In this document: positions 27,835 through 42,537 of the stretch, piece after piece
Layout of the letters: every line of letters begins with the position of its first letter
Position numbering within the stretch: the first letter of the stretch is position 1
From: Octopus vulgaris
Taxonomy: Eukaryota
Length of the DNA stretch: 64,000 nucleotides
Assembly (NCBI GenBank): GCA_951406725.2
Contig: OX597819.1
Location: 127,162,001 to 127,226,000, forward strand
Reading direction: 5' to 3'
Translations under genes and position numbers: made by a program
Notes under the pieces: generated by a model
Told to the model about the DNA's origin: nothing
Seen by the model: the letters and a program-made list of their open reading frames with translations, nothing else
The model's database searches: none

Positions 27835-27877
27835 ATGTGTGTGTGTGTGTGTATGTGTGTGTGTGTGTGTGTGTGTG

Positions 27878-28010
27878 TATAGTGTCATCCCATAAACAAT
27901 ACGGTTTTTTTTCAATTGCATGAACTAAAATCGGAGGAGGACGGGATAAACTACCTGCATCAACTTGCTATAAAAGCAGGTAGTAATTTTACCTTGTCCA
28001 TTTTCTTAGT
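27878..28010 (+). mobile_element. mariner-like terminal fragment
   Basis: TA-GTGTCATCCCATAAACAATACGGTTTTTTT resembles a mariner TIR and is followed by TATAAAAG. Confidence 0.4.
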
Positions 28011-28541
28011 GTATATCTATATATATATATATATATATATACATATATGCACACACACATATATATTTATACACTTACCACCCACACACACATATGTATA
28101 TATTTATAAGCAAATATGTAAGCAAATATATATATAAGCAAATATGTAAGTCTTTCCCCACTACTGTGTCTATTACAGGCAAGTACATCTATATGTGTTG
28201 ATGTGGATGCTAGTGTGTGTCAGTGTGTCTGTGTGTCTGTGTGTGTGTGTGCGTGTACGGATTCAGTCAATGCTAAATATTTCCCTGATATCCAGTTTCC
28301 TGGCCTTATTAATAAGACGAAAGAGAGTCACCTGGCTGGCACGCCAGTCTGGCGTAGTTAAAGCGCTGTTCTGATTGTTGGTGAATGAACTGAATTGCAT
28401 CAACTTAAGAATCCTTCACAGAAAAAAAAAAGTCCGAAAGCGCCTGGAGCGAATTTGAACTCGATATATGGATGAGTAGTTCGGTATCTCATTCACAAAC
28501 TCATTTCCCATAGTCGTTTTATATCTTTGTATATACGTATA

Positions 28542-28732
<191 letters not shown>

Positions 28733-28741
28733 ATGTGTATA

Positions 28742-28811
<70 letters not shown>

Positions 28812-29201
28812 CATATATATATACATACATATATATATGCATATATACATGTACACACACACACACACACACAGTCACATATACTAACATACACAGGCGT
28901 GCACACACAGACTTGTAAAGAAACTGATAAAGTTGAATTCAAAGGAATTTCATTAAGATATTAATTACAGGATTTATCAAGTCAGTCGCTGATGTGTAAA
29001 TAATAATCGGACTTGATAGCGTTGCATTTTATATTTGTTTATTTCTTTGTATTTCTTTGGAATCCTTTTCTGTTTGGAGCCAAGACCAATGTCTAAGTTT
29101 GGCAAATTATTTGAAGTAGCAAGAATTTGTATGTATCTGTCTGTCTGTATGTATCTATGTATCTAAGTAAGTGTTTATTTATATATATATATATATGTAT
29201 G

Positions 29202-29322
<121 letters not shown>

Positions 29323-29916
29323 GTATATATATATATATATGTATCAGCATGGCCGCAGCTCTGAGCTGAAACTAGAAAAAAAAATGTTTGTGTGTGTGTA
29401 TGTATGTATATATGTATGTGTGTGTGTATGTATGTAAGTGTGTATTTATGTATATATATATATATGTGTGTGTGTATGTGTTTCTGTTTGTGTGTGTGTG
29501 TTTTGTGTAGAGATGTACAGATATAAATAAATTCATATATATGTGTGTGTTTGTGTGTGCGTCGACCTATATGTATGCATTAAGTAGCCCATCGCTATCT
29601 CATTACAATGTTATAAAGCAAACTCCGCCAACTGTATAATGTAATCAAACCAAGAAATGATCGCAAAGGAAGAGAGAAGAGACCGAAAAAAAATGAGGAT
29701 GACGTGGAATGAGGGAGTGGTGGTGGAAGGATATATCATCATAGGAAGACGGCTGCGAAACAGAGAGGAAGAGAGAGAGAGGGGGAGAGGGGGAGAGGGT
29801 AGAGAGAGAAATAAATTTAGGAGGAAGCGACTGTCGTTTTTTGATTCTTGCTTTCGCTCGGAAGACAATTCATATGACACATGCCAAGTAGGAGAGACTC
29901 ATCCTACAGAAAAAAT

Positions 29917-29975
<59 letters not shown>

Positions 29976-30027
29976 GAGAAAGAGAAAAGAGAGAGAGGAT
30001 GAGAGAGAGAGAGAATGAGAGAGAGAG

Positions 30028-30063
<36 letters not shown>

Positions 30064-31312
30064 TTATACCTACTCAATTTCCGCCAAAATACTCCCAATT
30101 AAATACTCCATATCATATTTTGGAAGAATTATATTTTTTACACGTATTTTTTTAGTAAATATCTTATTTTGATACACCTACTTTTGTTGTGGTTTCGCTA
30201 ATAATTCCTTTATCGTTACCCTGAACTCAAAACATTTCTCTCCACTCTTTTTCCGTGTCTGTTTGTCTTTTTTATTTCATTAAAAAAAAATCTTACCTTT
30301 TTTCTTACTGCCCTTTTTTTATAACTATTTTGTTTCATTTCTTCAATCATTCGTTTAGTTGAAGAAGTAATTAAGCGAAGAACACTCTCCATTATACTAT
30401 TTAAGCGGATGTAAGGTGGAAGAACCCTGCTATGTTTTAAGTTCCCTCATTTTAAAAATATTTTTTTCCCTTTTTCTTTGTCGCTTTTGCTTTTGTTTTT
30501 CGCCGATCCTTAGTGTCTTCCTCTCCCTATTTTCACTCAAATAGTAATAAAATACAAAGCAACTTAAATGGATTTGACAGGATTCGGACCCCATCTCAAA
30601 TATGTTCTCTTTTTTTCTTGAGGTATTTCTAGTTCCTTTGGTGCAGTGAAGTTTCCAGTCGCTGGCGAATTTTTCAAGAAGAAAGAGTGGTCGCACAAAT
30701 GATATGGTCGGGCAACAGTTGAATATATCAAACATCATGAATGTTTTACGTTTGAATTGTGGTTTTAAGTGTTTCAGACACGAAGAGACGAAATGGCCAA
30801 GCGGAAAGAAACGGACACGAGAAAAAGAACAAAATAACAAAAAGAAAGAAAGAAAGAATAAAAGGGAAAAGGAAAGAAAGGAAAACGGCAGAGAAGTAGA
30901 AATGAATAAAGGAAAGAAAGGAAGAAATGAGTATCAAATATGTCCGTACTTTGAAGCGTGAAGGATGCTATTTCGCTCATACATTAACTGGTGTCTCGAA
31001 AACCTAGAGTGTATGTTATAAATGCACACTACACAAAAAACAAGAGCACCGTTTTTTTCAGATCGACGTAAATGTAAACACAGACACGGGAAGAACATAG
31101 AGGTATATGTCTCTGATAGGTGATACAAAGAAACTATACTGAAACCCGTATGTATATACATACATATGTATATATACGGATGTATGTGTATACATTCATG
31201 CATACATAAATACATACATGCATACATACATACATACATACATACATACATACATACATACATACATACATACATACATACATACATACATACATACATA
31301 CATAGAGATATA

Positions 31313-31585
31313 CAGTAGTACCTCGGTTTTCGAACAACTCTGATCGCGAATAAATCAGGCTTCATATATATATATATATAATACAAATAAGAAAATGGAG
31401 AAACAAATTTAGTTTGTTCATCAACTTACGGATATTTTAATGTTATATTATCTATTCATTTTACAAATGAGACCATCAAAAGCATACAAAATATTATATA
31501 AATCAATAGATAAGATAATAATACAAATATATATATAGCACAATTTATTCGTGATCAGAGGCGTTCGTAAACCGAAGCACTACTG
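31313..31585. mobile_element. MITE with about 43-bp TIRs and TA TSD (Tigger/pogo type)
   Basis: ta-CAGTAGTACCTCGGTTTTCGAAC..GATCGCGAATAAAT and ATTTATTCGTGATC..GTTCGTAAACCGAAGCACTACTG-ta. Confidence 0.85.
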
Positions 31586-32278
31586 TATTAAATGAATATG
31601 AGAAAGACAGGAGATAAAGTACGATGTATTCGTGGACAGAGTTGTTCGAAATCCCATTGTCTATTGTAAATATACGTTGCCCCTATGTTGGCACCCCGTC
31701 GGTTACTACGCCGAGGGTTCCAGTTGATCCGATCAACGGAACAGCGTGCTCGTGAAATTAACGTGCAAGTGGCTGAGCACTCCACAGATACGTGTACCCT
31801 TCTCGGGGAGATTCAGCGTGACACAGAGTGTCAGACAGAATGTTGGGAGTTGAGAAAGATTTGGTTGTTATTATTACAAGTAAGTCCAGCAACCAAGTAG
31901 AAGCTTCCTCATTGTCTCGTATCAATATTTGATTTATGCCTTTATGTTTATTAACCAATAGTTTACCTCCGATGTTTCTATTAATGTCACAGTAAACTAA
32001 GGCGCGTCCATTGCAGATTCGGTAGTATTACGTCCCTTTAGATTCTTTGTCAGAAACTTACTAGGGTGGACTTTACTTTTCATCTTCTCCTTATACTATA
32101 CTGCAGGTTGTTTTTTAAGCTTTAATTTGTGGGTGAAAGATACAAATATGGTTTTGTGTTTAAGAAGTTCACATTTAAGCTACATTCTTTCTGGCTTCAT
32201 CAAAAGCACAACACTAGAACTGGTAAGCGAAAACTGTGTGGCAGATCATAGGATGGATCGTTCTGGTTTTGGAATGGT

Positions 32279-32663
32279 GGAAGCACTCCGTCGGTTACGA
32301 CGACGAGGGTTCCGGTTGATCCGATCAACGGAACAGCCTGCTCGTGAAATTAACGTGTAAGTGGCTGAGCACTCCACAGACACGTATACCCTTAACGTAG
32401 TTCTCGGGGATATTCAGCGTGACACAGAAAGTGACAAGGCCGGCCCTTTGAAATACAGGTACAACAGAAACAGGAAGTAAGAGTGAGAGAAAGTTGTGGT
32501 GAAAGAGTACAGCAGGGATCACCACCATCCCCTGCTGGAGCCTCGTGGAGCTTTTAGGTGTTTTCGCTCAATAAACACTCACAACGCCCGGTCTGGGAAT
32601 CGAAACCGCAATCCAACGACCGCGAGTCCGCTGCCCTAACCACTGGGCCATTGCGCCTCCACT
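32279..32663 (-). mobile_element. tRNA-derived SINE family B
   Basis: Full length; TSD TTTTGGAATGGT. Confidence 0.92.
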
Positions 32664-34916
32664 TTTGGAATGGTACTCGTAATACGCAGCGCCACCACCT
32701 AAACCGATAACGACAAATAGTTTTGGCTCAGCATGTCAAAATTATAAGTTCTTTGATAATTGGAGAGACACATATCTGTATATACATGGAGTTTAGTTTC
32801 AGATAAATGCTTATAAATAAACTTTCATAGCATGATATTGCAGGAATATATTTACCAAAGTCCATCGGGTATCACCTAAAACCCAAGACCATGCAACATA
32901 TCACTACTTTCAAGCATGTCAACGGTTCAACATCACTGAACTAACCCTTGAGTACGTTTAAAAGAGTACATTCTGTTGTAAGCGACCAGATTTGGAAACT
33001 GGACTGAGGATAGCCTCCTCCTATCTTCCCAGGAGTAATGGATTCTCTAAAGAATGCCAAAGACACAAATCTTGTTCATTTCATTAAGCCAGTAAAAAAG
33101 GAAGAAGCCAGGAGTCGCGAGGTGGTGTACCATATTAGCCTTGATCGTTTAAATCTATGATCAAAGGCTTTCCAATCTTGATTACCCTGTATTATTGTCT
33201 GTTTTGAAATAATGTCTAATGTATTATTCCTGTCTGAAGAAAGTAGGACAGGTGTAATTGAGGTAATTTGGCTGCTGTTCCTGGCAAACTGAGAGGCTGA
33301 ATAGAGGCTACCGCGTGGGTATGAGGTTCCCGGAACAGCCCATCAAGCTATCCGGTTCTCAGATTGAAGACAGTCCAAATATTTGCCAAAGAGTGGACGT
33401 AATAAAGACGCTTGTGCGCCGAGCCAGATGCTGATGTTGAATTGGGCGACATTTGGTCTGGTACTCATTAATTCTTCATATTTTCACAAATCTGTAATCA
33501 GATGCATATATAAGAAGAAATAAACATATTAACAATAGTCGATTTTACCATATTTTATTATTATTGTTTGTTAAAGATTTTGACTACTTTTATCAATATA
33601 TTCCATTCTTTGACAGTGCATGACTCGTTATTATGAAAGCACCTGATTATGAGTAATTATTTGTCTAGGTTTCATGCTAAATCATTTAAATTTATCATCT
33701 ACGTGGTATAATAATAAGCAAATGACGGCTGGACTTAAGCTTTTTACGTATACTTGGTGCTTTCACTGTTAATATCTCTCACACAAAACTCATTATTATT
33801 TATGTCTATCTACAAAGAATGTTTGTCTGTCTTTCGTCTAATGTTATCTGTAATTTCTCATGATATTTTCTAGTAATCTTCTATTATTCCGTTTGTTTTT
33901 TCATTCTTATCTCATAAGATGAAATCATAAAAAAGGATGTTCACCTAAAACTGTAATAACACGTAAGTACTAAGCTCTGTTATCTCTGCGATGTTTTGTT
34001 GGTATTTCTTTCTTTCAGATCTTTCCAGGGTGTTGGCGATGCTAAATTACTCGCTAGACTATTACTGCTTTTTAAAACTAAACATACACATTTCTTTAAG
34101 CTTTTTTTTTAATGCAAGATCCTCCGAATGTGCATCCTTATGGTATTACAGTTTTTAAAAAAAGCTTCTCCGAATTACTATTTCTATGTAGTCAATCTGC
34201 TTGCATACATGCAGACGTTCATATATTTAAGTACACACATATGTATGTATGCATGTGCTTAAGCATTATATTTGTCTATTTTATCATCATCATCATCATC
34301 ATCATCATGTATATATATATATATATTATATAATGAAATACACAGGAGGTGTCTTCTACTATGGTCCCTAGCCGACAAAACCCTTGTGAGTGAGTATTGG
34401 TTGACAGAAAGTGAAAAATATAACCTTTGTGTGTACATGCAATAATGTAAATTGAAAGTTTCAGTAAAGTGGAGTTATCCAGACAATTATCACATTATAG
34501 CTCTATCTAAGGATTGTATCTAAAATCAACTGGTTGGGAATTAACTCTAATAATGTCAGTAAATGTAATTCTTGGGAAATAATGACGTTACAGAATATGT
34601 GAGGACAGTTTAAAGGCAACCGGTTAAAACCGGTATTTTTCAACTAGTATGTTTTGATTTTATTACCCTTTCCCCATATATATAAGTTCAGCAAAATTTA
34701 GATTCAGATGAATATGGTACTTAAGTCAAAGGCACCAGAATTTTGAATGGTATTATCCATATAAATCCATGGTGTGATTATAATCAAAATAAGCAACGAG
34801 ATCGCTCGACATTTTAAAACTGATGTAAATCTTACAGTGTTTAATAAAATGAAGTAGCATGAAACGATTGTACCACATTGCCTCGGATATACTTGTTGCT
34901 TATTTTGTTTATTAAT

Positions 34917-34952
<36 letters not shown>

Positions 34953-35930
34953 ATTAATAAACAAAAAGATGGGCAGAACCAATCCTAATTGAATACGGTA
35001 TCAATGCATACATGGCTTCGTAATTACCCAGTTCGGTCCCATATACCATCTATCAATTTCAATCAATTCTAATGTATACATAACTTTTGTCTAGTATCTA
35101 TATTTATAAATTTGTAAACAAACACGAAGGCTGTAAATTACAGAGTAGAGTTGCGCACATATGTTCTTTTTAATGATCATTATAGTTATATATTATTTGA
35201 TAATATATGCTCCATTTAAAATGACTGAACCTAAACAATTGTCGAAAAAAGTTTATATATATATATATATATGTACATATCTACATATATATGTACATAT
35301 CTACATATATATGTATGTATATATACATGCATATATGGGTACAGGGCATCAATAAAACGTAGACAGAATGAGAAACGAGAACCTAAAAATCAAAAACATA
35401 GAAAACGAACTTATTTCGAACAACGAACAAAAAACAGAGAAAGGAGACATGCAACATAAAGAACATTCCCTTCATCAGTTGTCCCCGCTCATCTCCTTTT
35501 TTGTCTCCCTTCCCCTCTACATGTTGTTTACATGTGACTACAAGCTATTTTTCTCGACCTTATCTCTTCTGGACAAGACGTCGATCGCGCTGGACGTCAT
35601 TTCTCTCGCCTCCTGAGATTATTTATCTTCTACTATTTTCTTCTCTCCTATTTATTATATTCTCCTTTAAAAATTTCTTCCGGGCGTTACCCATTACAAT
35701 TCGTTTTGGCCTAACGGCCCTTAATATTTCTCTTCGTCGATAGTTTACTTTCGAAGTCCACTTTGTTGTTGTGTGTTCGTTCGAAGCTCTAACTCGTCAC
35801 AAATTTTATATTTTAAAAATTTCTGGATGCTACTGTGTTATGAAATTTTCCTATCTTGTCGTTAAAAGCACATATCTCTCGTGTGTTTACATATTTTTCA
35901 CTTGTTGGGGATACCCTGTACTTTATGTGC

Positions 35931-35971
<41 letters not shown>

Positions 35972-36301
35972 GGTGCAGGCATGGTTGTGTGGTAAGTTTA
36001 CGTCCCCGTAACTTGGCGATTCGGCAAAAGACCGATAGCATAAGCACTGGGCTTGCAAAGAATGATTTGTTGGACTAACAACTTGGTGGTGCTTCAGCAT
36101 GGTCGCAGTCAATAGACTGAAACACGTAAAAGAATAAAAGAGGCTCATTTGACAGGCCACAAAAGTGACTTAAGAGTGACTTTAGCGCATGATGCTTATC
36201 AAACTTTAAGTTTCTGAAACGCCATGATTCACGTGGCTATCAAAACTAGACAAATAATTCTCTTTCGTAACTTTTCAGAAGATTAATACATCTAGTATCT
36301 A

Positions 36302-36407
<106 letters not shown>

Positions 36408-36409
36408 AC

Positions 36410-36470
<61 letters not shown>

Positions 36471-36565
36471 TTATTTATCTATCTGTCTGTCTATCTATCT
36501 ATTTATTTGTCTATCAATTTATCTATCTATCTGTCTGTCTATCTATCTATCTATCTATCCATCTT

Positions 36566-36617
<52 letters not shown>

Positions 36618-36707
36618 ACTATTTATCTATCTATTTATCTATCTGTCTCTCTATGTGTCTATCCATTTATCTATCTATTTATCTTTCTATCTGTCTATCT
36701 ATCTATC

Positions 36708-36768
<61 letters not shown>

Positions 36769-37361
36769 CATACATACACATACACACACACACACACACA
36801 TATCATATACGCACAGACCTTTATGTATGTATACGTTTAGGAAATGTAAAAGGAACGAATAGAAAGAGAGACTAGAGTAAGCAAAATAGAAGCAGAGTAT
36901 AAAAGTGTAAGGAAGAAGGAAGGTAGGGGGGAGGGGGAGATGCACAGGAAGGGAGTCAGAGACAGAGAAATAAACAGATAGAAAGAGAAAGAGAAAGACA
37001 GAGAGGTATGTTGCAGAAGGAATAGTAAAACATGTCGGCCGTATGTTAAAGAGGAGAGATTGCTACAAGATTATTGGTCGCTTCTTCCGACTCTTCCAGC
37101 TTGAAAAAGATCTGCGCGAGTTAATGATGCAGAACAAGACCCATATCAAACAGTTTTGTCGGTATATTATATCTATAGCTGCTTTAACATACAGGAATTC
37201 TGCTTTTCTCGTTGACCAAAATATCTCTCTTAAAGGCAAAATATCTTTCAATTTCCCATCATCTTTGCAGGAAAATATATACTCTATACATCTCCGATCC
37301 TTTCGAGTTTCTCGCACATTCACCACTATTATTCACTTCTTATCCGTATATTATTGCTGTA

Positions 37362-37428
<67 letters not shown>

Positions 37429-37644
37429 TAATAGCGGAGAGCTGGCACAATAGTTTGAACGGCGGACAAAATATTTACCGACATTTCGTCCGTCTTTATG
37501 TTCAAAGTTCAAACTCGGCAAAGGTCGATTCTGCCTCTCACCCTTTCAGGGTCGATAAAGTAAGTACTAGTTCAGCACTGAGTTCAATGTGGTCGACTTA
37601 ACCTCTCCCCCAAATTTCTGGCCTTGTGCCAAAATTTGAAAACA

Positions 37645-37720
<76 letters not shown>

Positions 37721-37745
37721 CATCATTATTATTATTATTATTTTG

Positions 37746-37786
<41 letters not shown>

Positions 37787-37789
37787 TAA

Positions 37790-37823
<34 letters not shown>

Positions 37824-37880
37824 ATAATAATAATTATTATTATTATTTTTTATTCATTCATTTATTTATTTATTTATTTA

Positions 37881-38455
37881 TTTATTACCTCTGTTTTCGC
37901 CAATGCAGAGGTATTGTTACCTTTGCGTTTGCTTGTTTGCTTATCCGTGGACAAGATATCTCAAGAACCGCAGGATGGATTCGGATGAAACTTCCAGGGA
38001 TGTTTGGCCTTGTAACTGGCAAGAACTGATTAGATTTTGGAATCGATCCGGTAGCAGACAAGGATTCTGAATTATTTATTATATTTACTTTTCTTTACTT
38101 GATGACGATCTTACGTTAACTTTCAAGTCTTTCTCAATTATCTCCCTTTCAGGTTGTTACTATTTTGAATGATGGATTTGTTAACTTTGGCTTATATTAG
38201 ATAAGAATAAACTATTTATTACTGTTACTAAATGTTCTATAACCATCTTCACATTCCATGACTACCATTCGGATCGATCAGGTACCAGACAAATATTCTG
38301 GATTATTTTTCCGGTTTTTAAACTTAAGTTTTGAGAGGGGTCGGATTCATCTTTAATATTTTCGTTTGTGAGAGGAGTCGTGTTTATTTCAGATATTCTC
38401 ATTTTAAAAATCATTTCTGGCTAATCGTTGAGAGGACGTTGGCTGGTGGATTGAG
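37881..38455 (+). mobile_element. Helentron-associated (HINE/DINE-1-like) element
   Basis: TTATTACCTCTG..GCAGAGGTATT subterminal inverted repeat, GTTT-type tract, internal duplication (GATCCGGTAGCAGACAA / GATCAGGTACCAGACAA). Confidence 0.55.
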
Positions 38456-39024
38456 TTCTAATCTCGCTAATGTAAAGTTTCTTTTCTCCATCTGAAATGG
38501 ATAAAATAAACATCTATCAAATAAACATTTATCAATTGCCCTAGTTTCTATTTATTTTTTTACTTGATTCTCTATCTCTTTCCATGTACAGTATCTGTTG
38601 TTTCGATGAAAGCGTCTTTCGATTCTGGGAAATCGCCTTGATATTATGCTGCAGGTAAAGGCTGATAAGTTCCCTTTATTTCATTAGAAACATTGTCGAT
38701 CGTACTGACGACGAGAAGTATGGAAAATGTCTTATTAATACGAATGGGGTCATTTCGCAGCTACATCGAAAAAAATAAGCATAACATTAATCGCTTCGAG
38801 TTCGATATAACTACCTGTTACTCCTCTATCATCAACATTACTCTCGTCATACCAATCGTCGGTCAATAAATTAAAATTATCCTTTTTCAACGTCAACTTC
38901 CCTAAGATCAATAAACATACCTTAGTGTCTCTGTATCAATATCGAATTTATGAGCTAATTCGTTTGTAATCATCCCTTGTTGATTGACCAGTAAAAAAGT
39001 GGTAGTATTTCCAATGGAAACGAA

Positions 39025-39400
39025 TGGAAGCACTCCGTCGGTTACGGCAACGAGGGTTCCGGTTGATCCGATCAACGGAACAGCCTGCTCGTGAAATTAA
39101 CGTGTAAGTGGCTGAGCACTCCACAGACACGTGTACCCTTAACGTAGTTCTCGGGGATATTCAGCGTGACACAGAGAGTGACAAGGCCAGCCCTTTGAAA
39201 TACAGGTACAACAGAAACAGGAAGTAAGAGTGAGAGAAAGTTGTGGTGAAAGAGTACGGCAGGGATCACCACCATCCTCTGCCGGAGCCTCGTGGAGCTT
39301 TAGGTGTTTTCGCTCAATAAACACTCACAACTGGGAATCGAAACCGCGATCCTACGACCGCGAGTCCGCTGCCCTAACCACTGGGCCATTGCGCCTCCAC
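39025..39400 (-). mobile_element. tRNA-derived SINE family B
   Basis: TSD GGAAACGAAT. Confidence 0.92.
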
Positions 39401-39742
39401 GGAAACGAATAACATTCCTTAATAACACTAAATTGCAGGTAAAACGATGATGTGAAGTCAACAAACTTTCGCCAACGTAATTTGGACATTGGCTCAAGTG
39501 AGAGATATATTTGTATGAATGCATGTTTGCGTGAAAGAAAAGAAAAGAAATGAAATACTAGTGTTGCAATTTGGGGTTTCCAGTTTGGTGTCTCTATCAT
39601 GGAATTTAAATCACGCTATGTTCAATGCGATATTTTATTGCATTTCCATGTGGGTGTCAGAATATTCAAGGAATGGAGAAATAAAGGTTGAATTAGAATA
39701 AAACATGTGGTGAAGATAATTATTAGAATAATATTATTAACT

Positions 39743-40037
39743 GGTGGAGGCGCAATGGCCCAGTGGTTAAGGCAGCGGACTCGCGGTTGTAGGATCGCGG
39801 TCTCGATTCCCCCAGACCGGGCGTTGTGAGTGTTTATTGAGCGAAAACACCAAAATCTCCACTAGGCTCCGATAGGGGGGGGGATCCCTGCTGTACTCTC
39901 TCACTCTTTCTTCTGTTGGCCTATTCGCTTAACCAGCGGGGTGGCATCATTTGAAGGTTAAAACAATGCGAAGCGCATTGTGACCAGCGATGTGTAGCAA
40001 CATCTGATAACCTGGTCGGGCACGGTGATCACGGTGA
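39743..40037 (+). mobile_element. SINE family B head with a different 3' tail
   Basis: TSD ATTATTAACTG; tail ends CACGGTGATCACGGTG. Confidence 0.85.
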
Positions 40038-41444
40038 TTATTAACTGATTAATATTTCTAGATTTCACAAATAAATACAGGTGTCCATATTATGAACTAT
40101 ATTCACACACCTGCCTCCCAAAAATGTTTGAATTTAAATGAGTAGTGAAAATAGCATATTAGAACACTGGTAAAATTCTTCGTAACTCTCAATAATCTCC
40201 TTGTATGTCTAAGTTTTAAATTCTACGCGGATCTGTAAAAAACAACCACTGAACAGCTGGAGACAATATGATCGAATGCACCGGCAAAGTGATAGCCTGG
40301 CACCTAAATTAGGGCTTTCTACTTCATTTTTCTTTTCATGCCCTTTATCATTTTCCTCTTACTCTTTACGTTGTTGTTCTTCTTGTTTTATACCCCGTTT
40401 TGCTTTCACTTCGTCTTCGACTTTTTGTCCCCCCTTCATTTCTGCTTTATGTCTCTGTGGATGTAATACGGTCTCCCCACGCCTTCTTGTTCCTCCTTTA
40501 TCCTTTATGTTCGTTCTGTTTTTGCATGTTAGTCAGAAGCGTCTGAGCTAACAAGTTAGTTCTCAGCACAACAGGAGTTCAGCTTAAGTTATTCAAAATT
40601 GCTTTTCGGAAGCCGAAAATATAGCTGAGTTGTTTCAAATATTTTGAGCGTGTGGGTGGTTATGTATGTATATATGTATATGTATGTATGTATGCATGCA
40701 TGCATGTATGTATGTATGCACGTATGTATGCATGTATGTATGCATGTATGTATGTGTATGTATGTATGTATGTATGTATGTATGTATGTATGTATGTATG
40801 TATATATGTATGTATGTACGTATGCATGGTTAATCACCATACAGGCAACCAGCCAGCACACACACACACACACACTCACACCTATGACAGTGATTCAATA
40901 AATACTGTTCAATAAAAGAAGTAATATTCTCAAAAAATTCTAGGGCTGGAATGATCGAGTGCTGGAATAACAGACTGTGAGGATATATATATACAAATAC
41001 AGGTATAAGAACAGACAATGGATAATAAAATAAAGGGAATGTTACGTTCAAAAGTAAAATTCAAAGATGTTAACGAGTCCTGCAAAGCAGAGATATACAG
41101 TCAGCCATGCGAAATAATATGTATATAAACAAGAATGAGCTTAAAAAATAACTCAGAGTGGCCTGCGGCACATTATACGAACAACATAGCTAAATGCAGT
41201 TATAGTAAATCATACAATATAAATTGTTGATTTATTAGAATTGTCTCCAATTCTGAAGGGTGTGTCACAATTACTAAACGACAATTAAGAAACTGCACCA
41301 TATACAAAAAAGGGAGATAATCTGAAGAATTAAGTATTCCTCGGAGTTGACATAATATTAAGTAAAAGGACAAAGCTTATTGTCTGGAGATAAGAGGACA
41401 GTCGTGGACATGTGTTTCTACTTCAATAGGTAACCATATGTAGG

Positions 41445-41514
<70 letters not shown>

Positions 41515-41744
41515 AGGGCGGCGAGCTGGCAGAAACGTTAGCACGCCGGGCGAAATGCTTTGCGATATTTCGTCCGCCGCTGCGTTCTGAGTTCAAATTC
41601 CGCCGAGGTCGACTTTGTCTTTCATCCTTTCGGGGTCGATAAATTAAGTACCAGGCACTGGGTTCGATGTAATCGACTTAATCCGTTTGTCTGTCCTTGT
41701 TTGTCCCCTCTGTGTTTAGCCCCTTGTGGGTAGTAAAGAAATAG
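41515..41744 (+). mobile_element. SINE family A inserted in (GATA)n
   Basis: Full-length match. Confidence 0.9.
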
Positions 41745-41756
41745 ATAGATAGATAA

Positions 41757-41982
41757 TTTCTTTATTGGCCACACAGGGCTAAACATAGAGGGGACAATTA
41801 CAATGTAGAGTTTTTTTCTTTTCGAGGGGGCGGAAAAAAAGGGACAACTATCAAAATGGATCGAAATCGTTGGGAATATATGCAAAAAATGTCGAAAGAG
41901 TTCAAAAAGTTCCCAAGAGATGGGGAGGTTTATCTGTGGAAAGAAAAACCTACGAAAAGACCACAGTAACCTCGGGCAATTA
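41757..41982 (-). mobile_element. Probable LINE 3' UTR fragment sharing its tail with SINE family A
   Basis: Minus strand ends TTGTCCCCTCTATGTTTAGCCCTGTGTGGCCAATAAAGAAA. Confidence 0.55.
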
Positions 41983-41994
41983 CGTCAAATTTGT

Positions 41995-42217
41995 TTTTTA
42001 CTTGTTTCAGTCATTTGACTGCGGCCATGCTGGAGCACCGCCTTTAGTCGAGCAAATCGACCCTGGGACTTATTCTTTGTAAGCCTAGTACTTCTTTTGT
42101 CTCTTCTATCAGTCTCTTTTGCCGAACCGCTAAGTGACGGGGACGAAAACACACCAGCATCAGTTGTCAAGCAATGCTAGAGGGACAAACACAGACACAC
42201 AAACACACACATACATC

Positions 42218-42267
<50 letters not shown>

Positions 42268-42408
42268 TACGACAGGCTTCTTTCAGTTTCCGTCTACCAA
42301 ATCCACTCACAAGGCTTTGGTCGGCCCGGGGCTATAGCAAAAAACACTTGCCCAAGATGCCACGCAGTGGGACTGAACCCAGAACTATGTGGTTGGTTAG
42401 CAAGCTAA
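41995..42408 (-). mobile_element. SINE family C
   Basis: Reverse complement of 22259-22620. Confidence 0.9.
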
Positions 42409-42442
42409 ATAAGTAACTCTCTGTATTAAATAGATAGATAGG

Positions 42443-42537
<95 letters not shown>

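Noticed and set aside
30600-30800. Possible host exon (also 1860-1900, 28320-28500 and 58100-58400)
   Set aside because: No recognisable protein motif or consistent splice pair; cannot be supported without RNA-seq.
35465-35485. Minus-strand CTGATGAAGGG (and TTGATGAAGAG near 5140)
   Set aside because: Only a half motif; no matching stem II/GAAA/cleavage arm was found.
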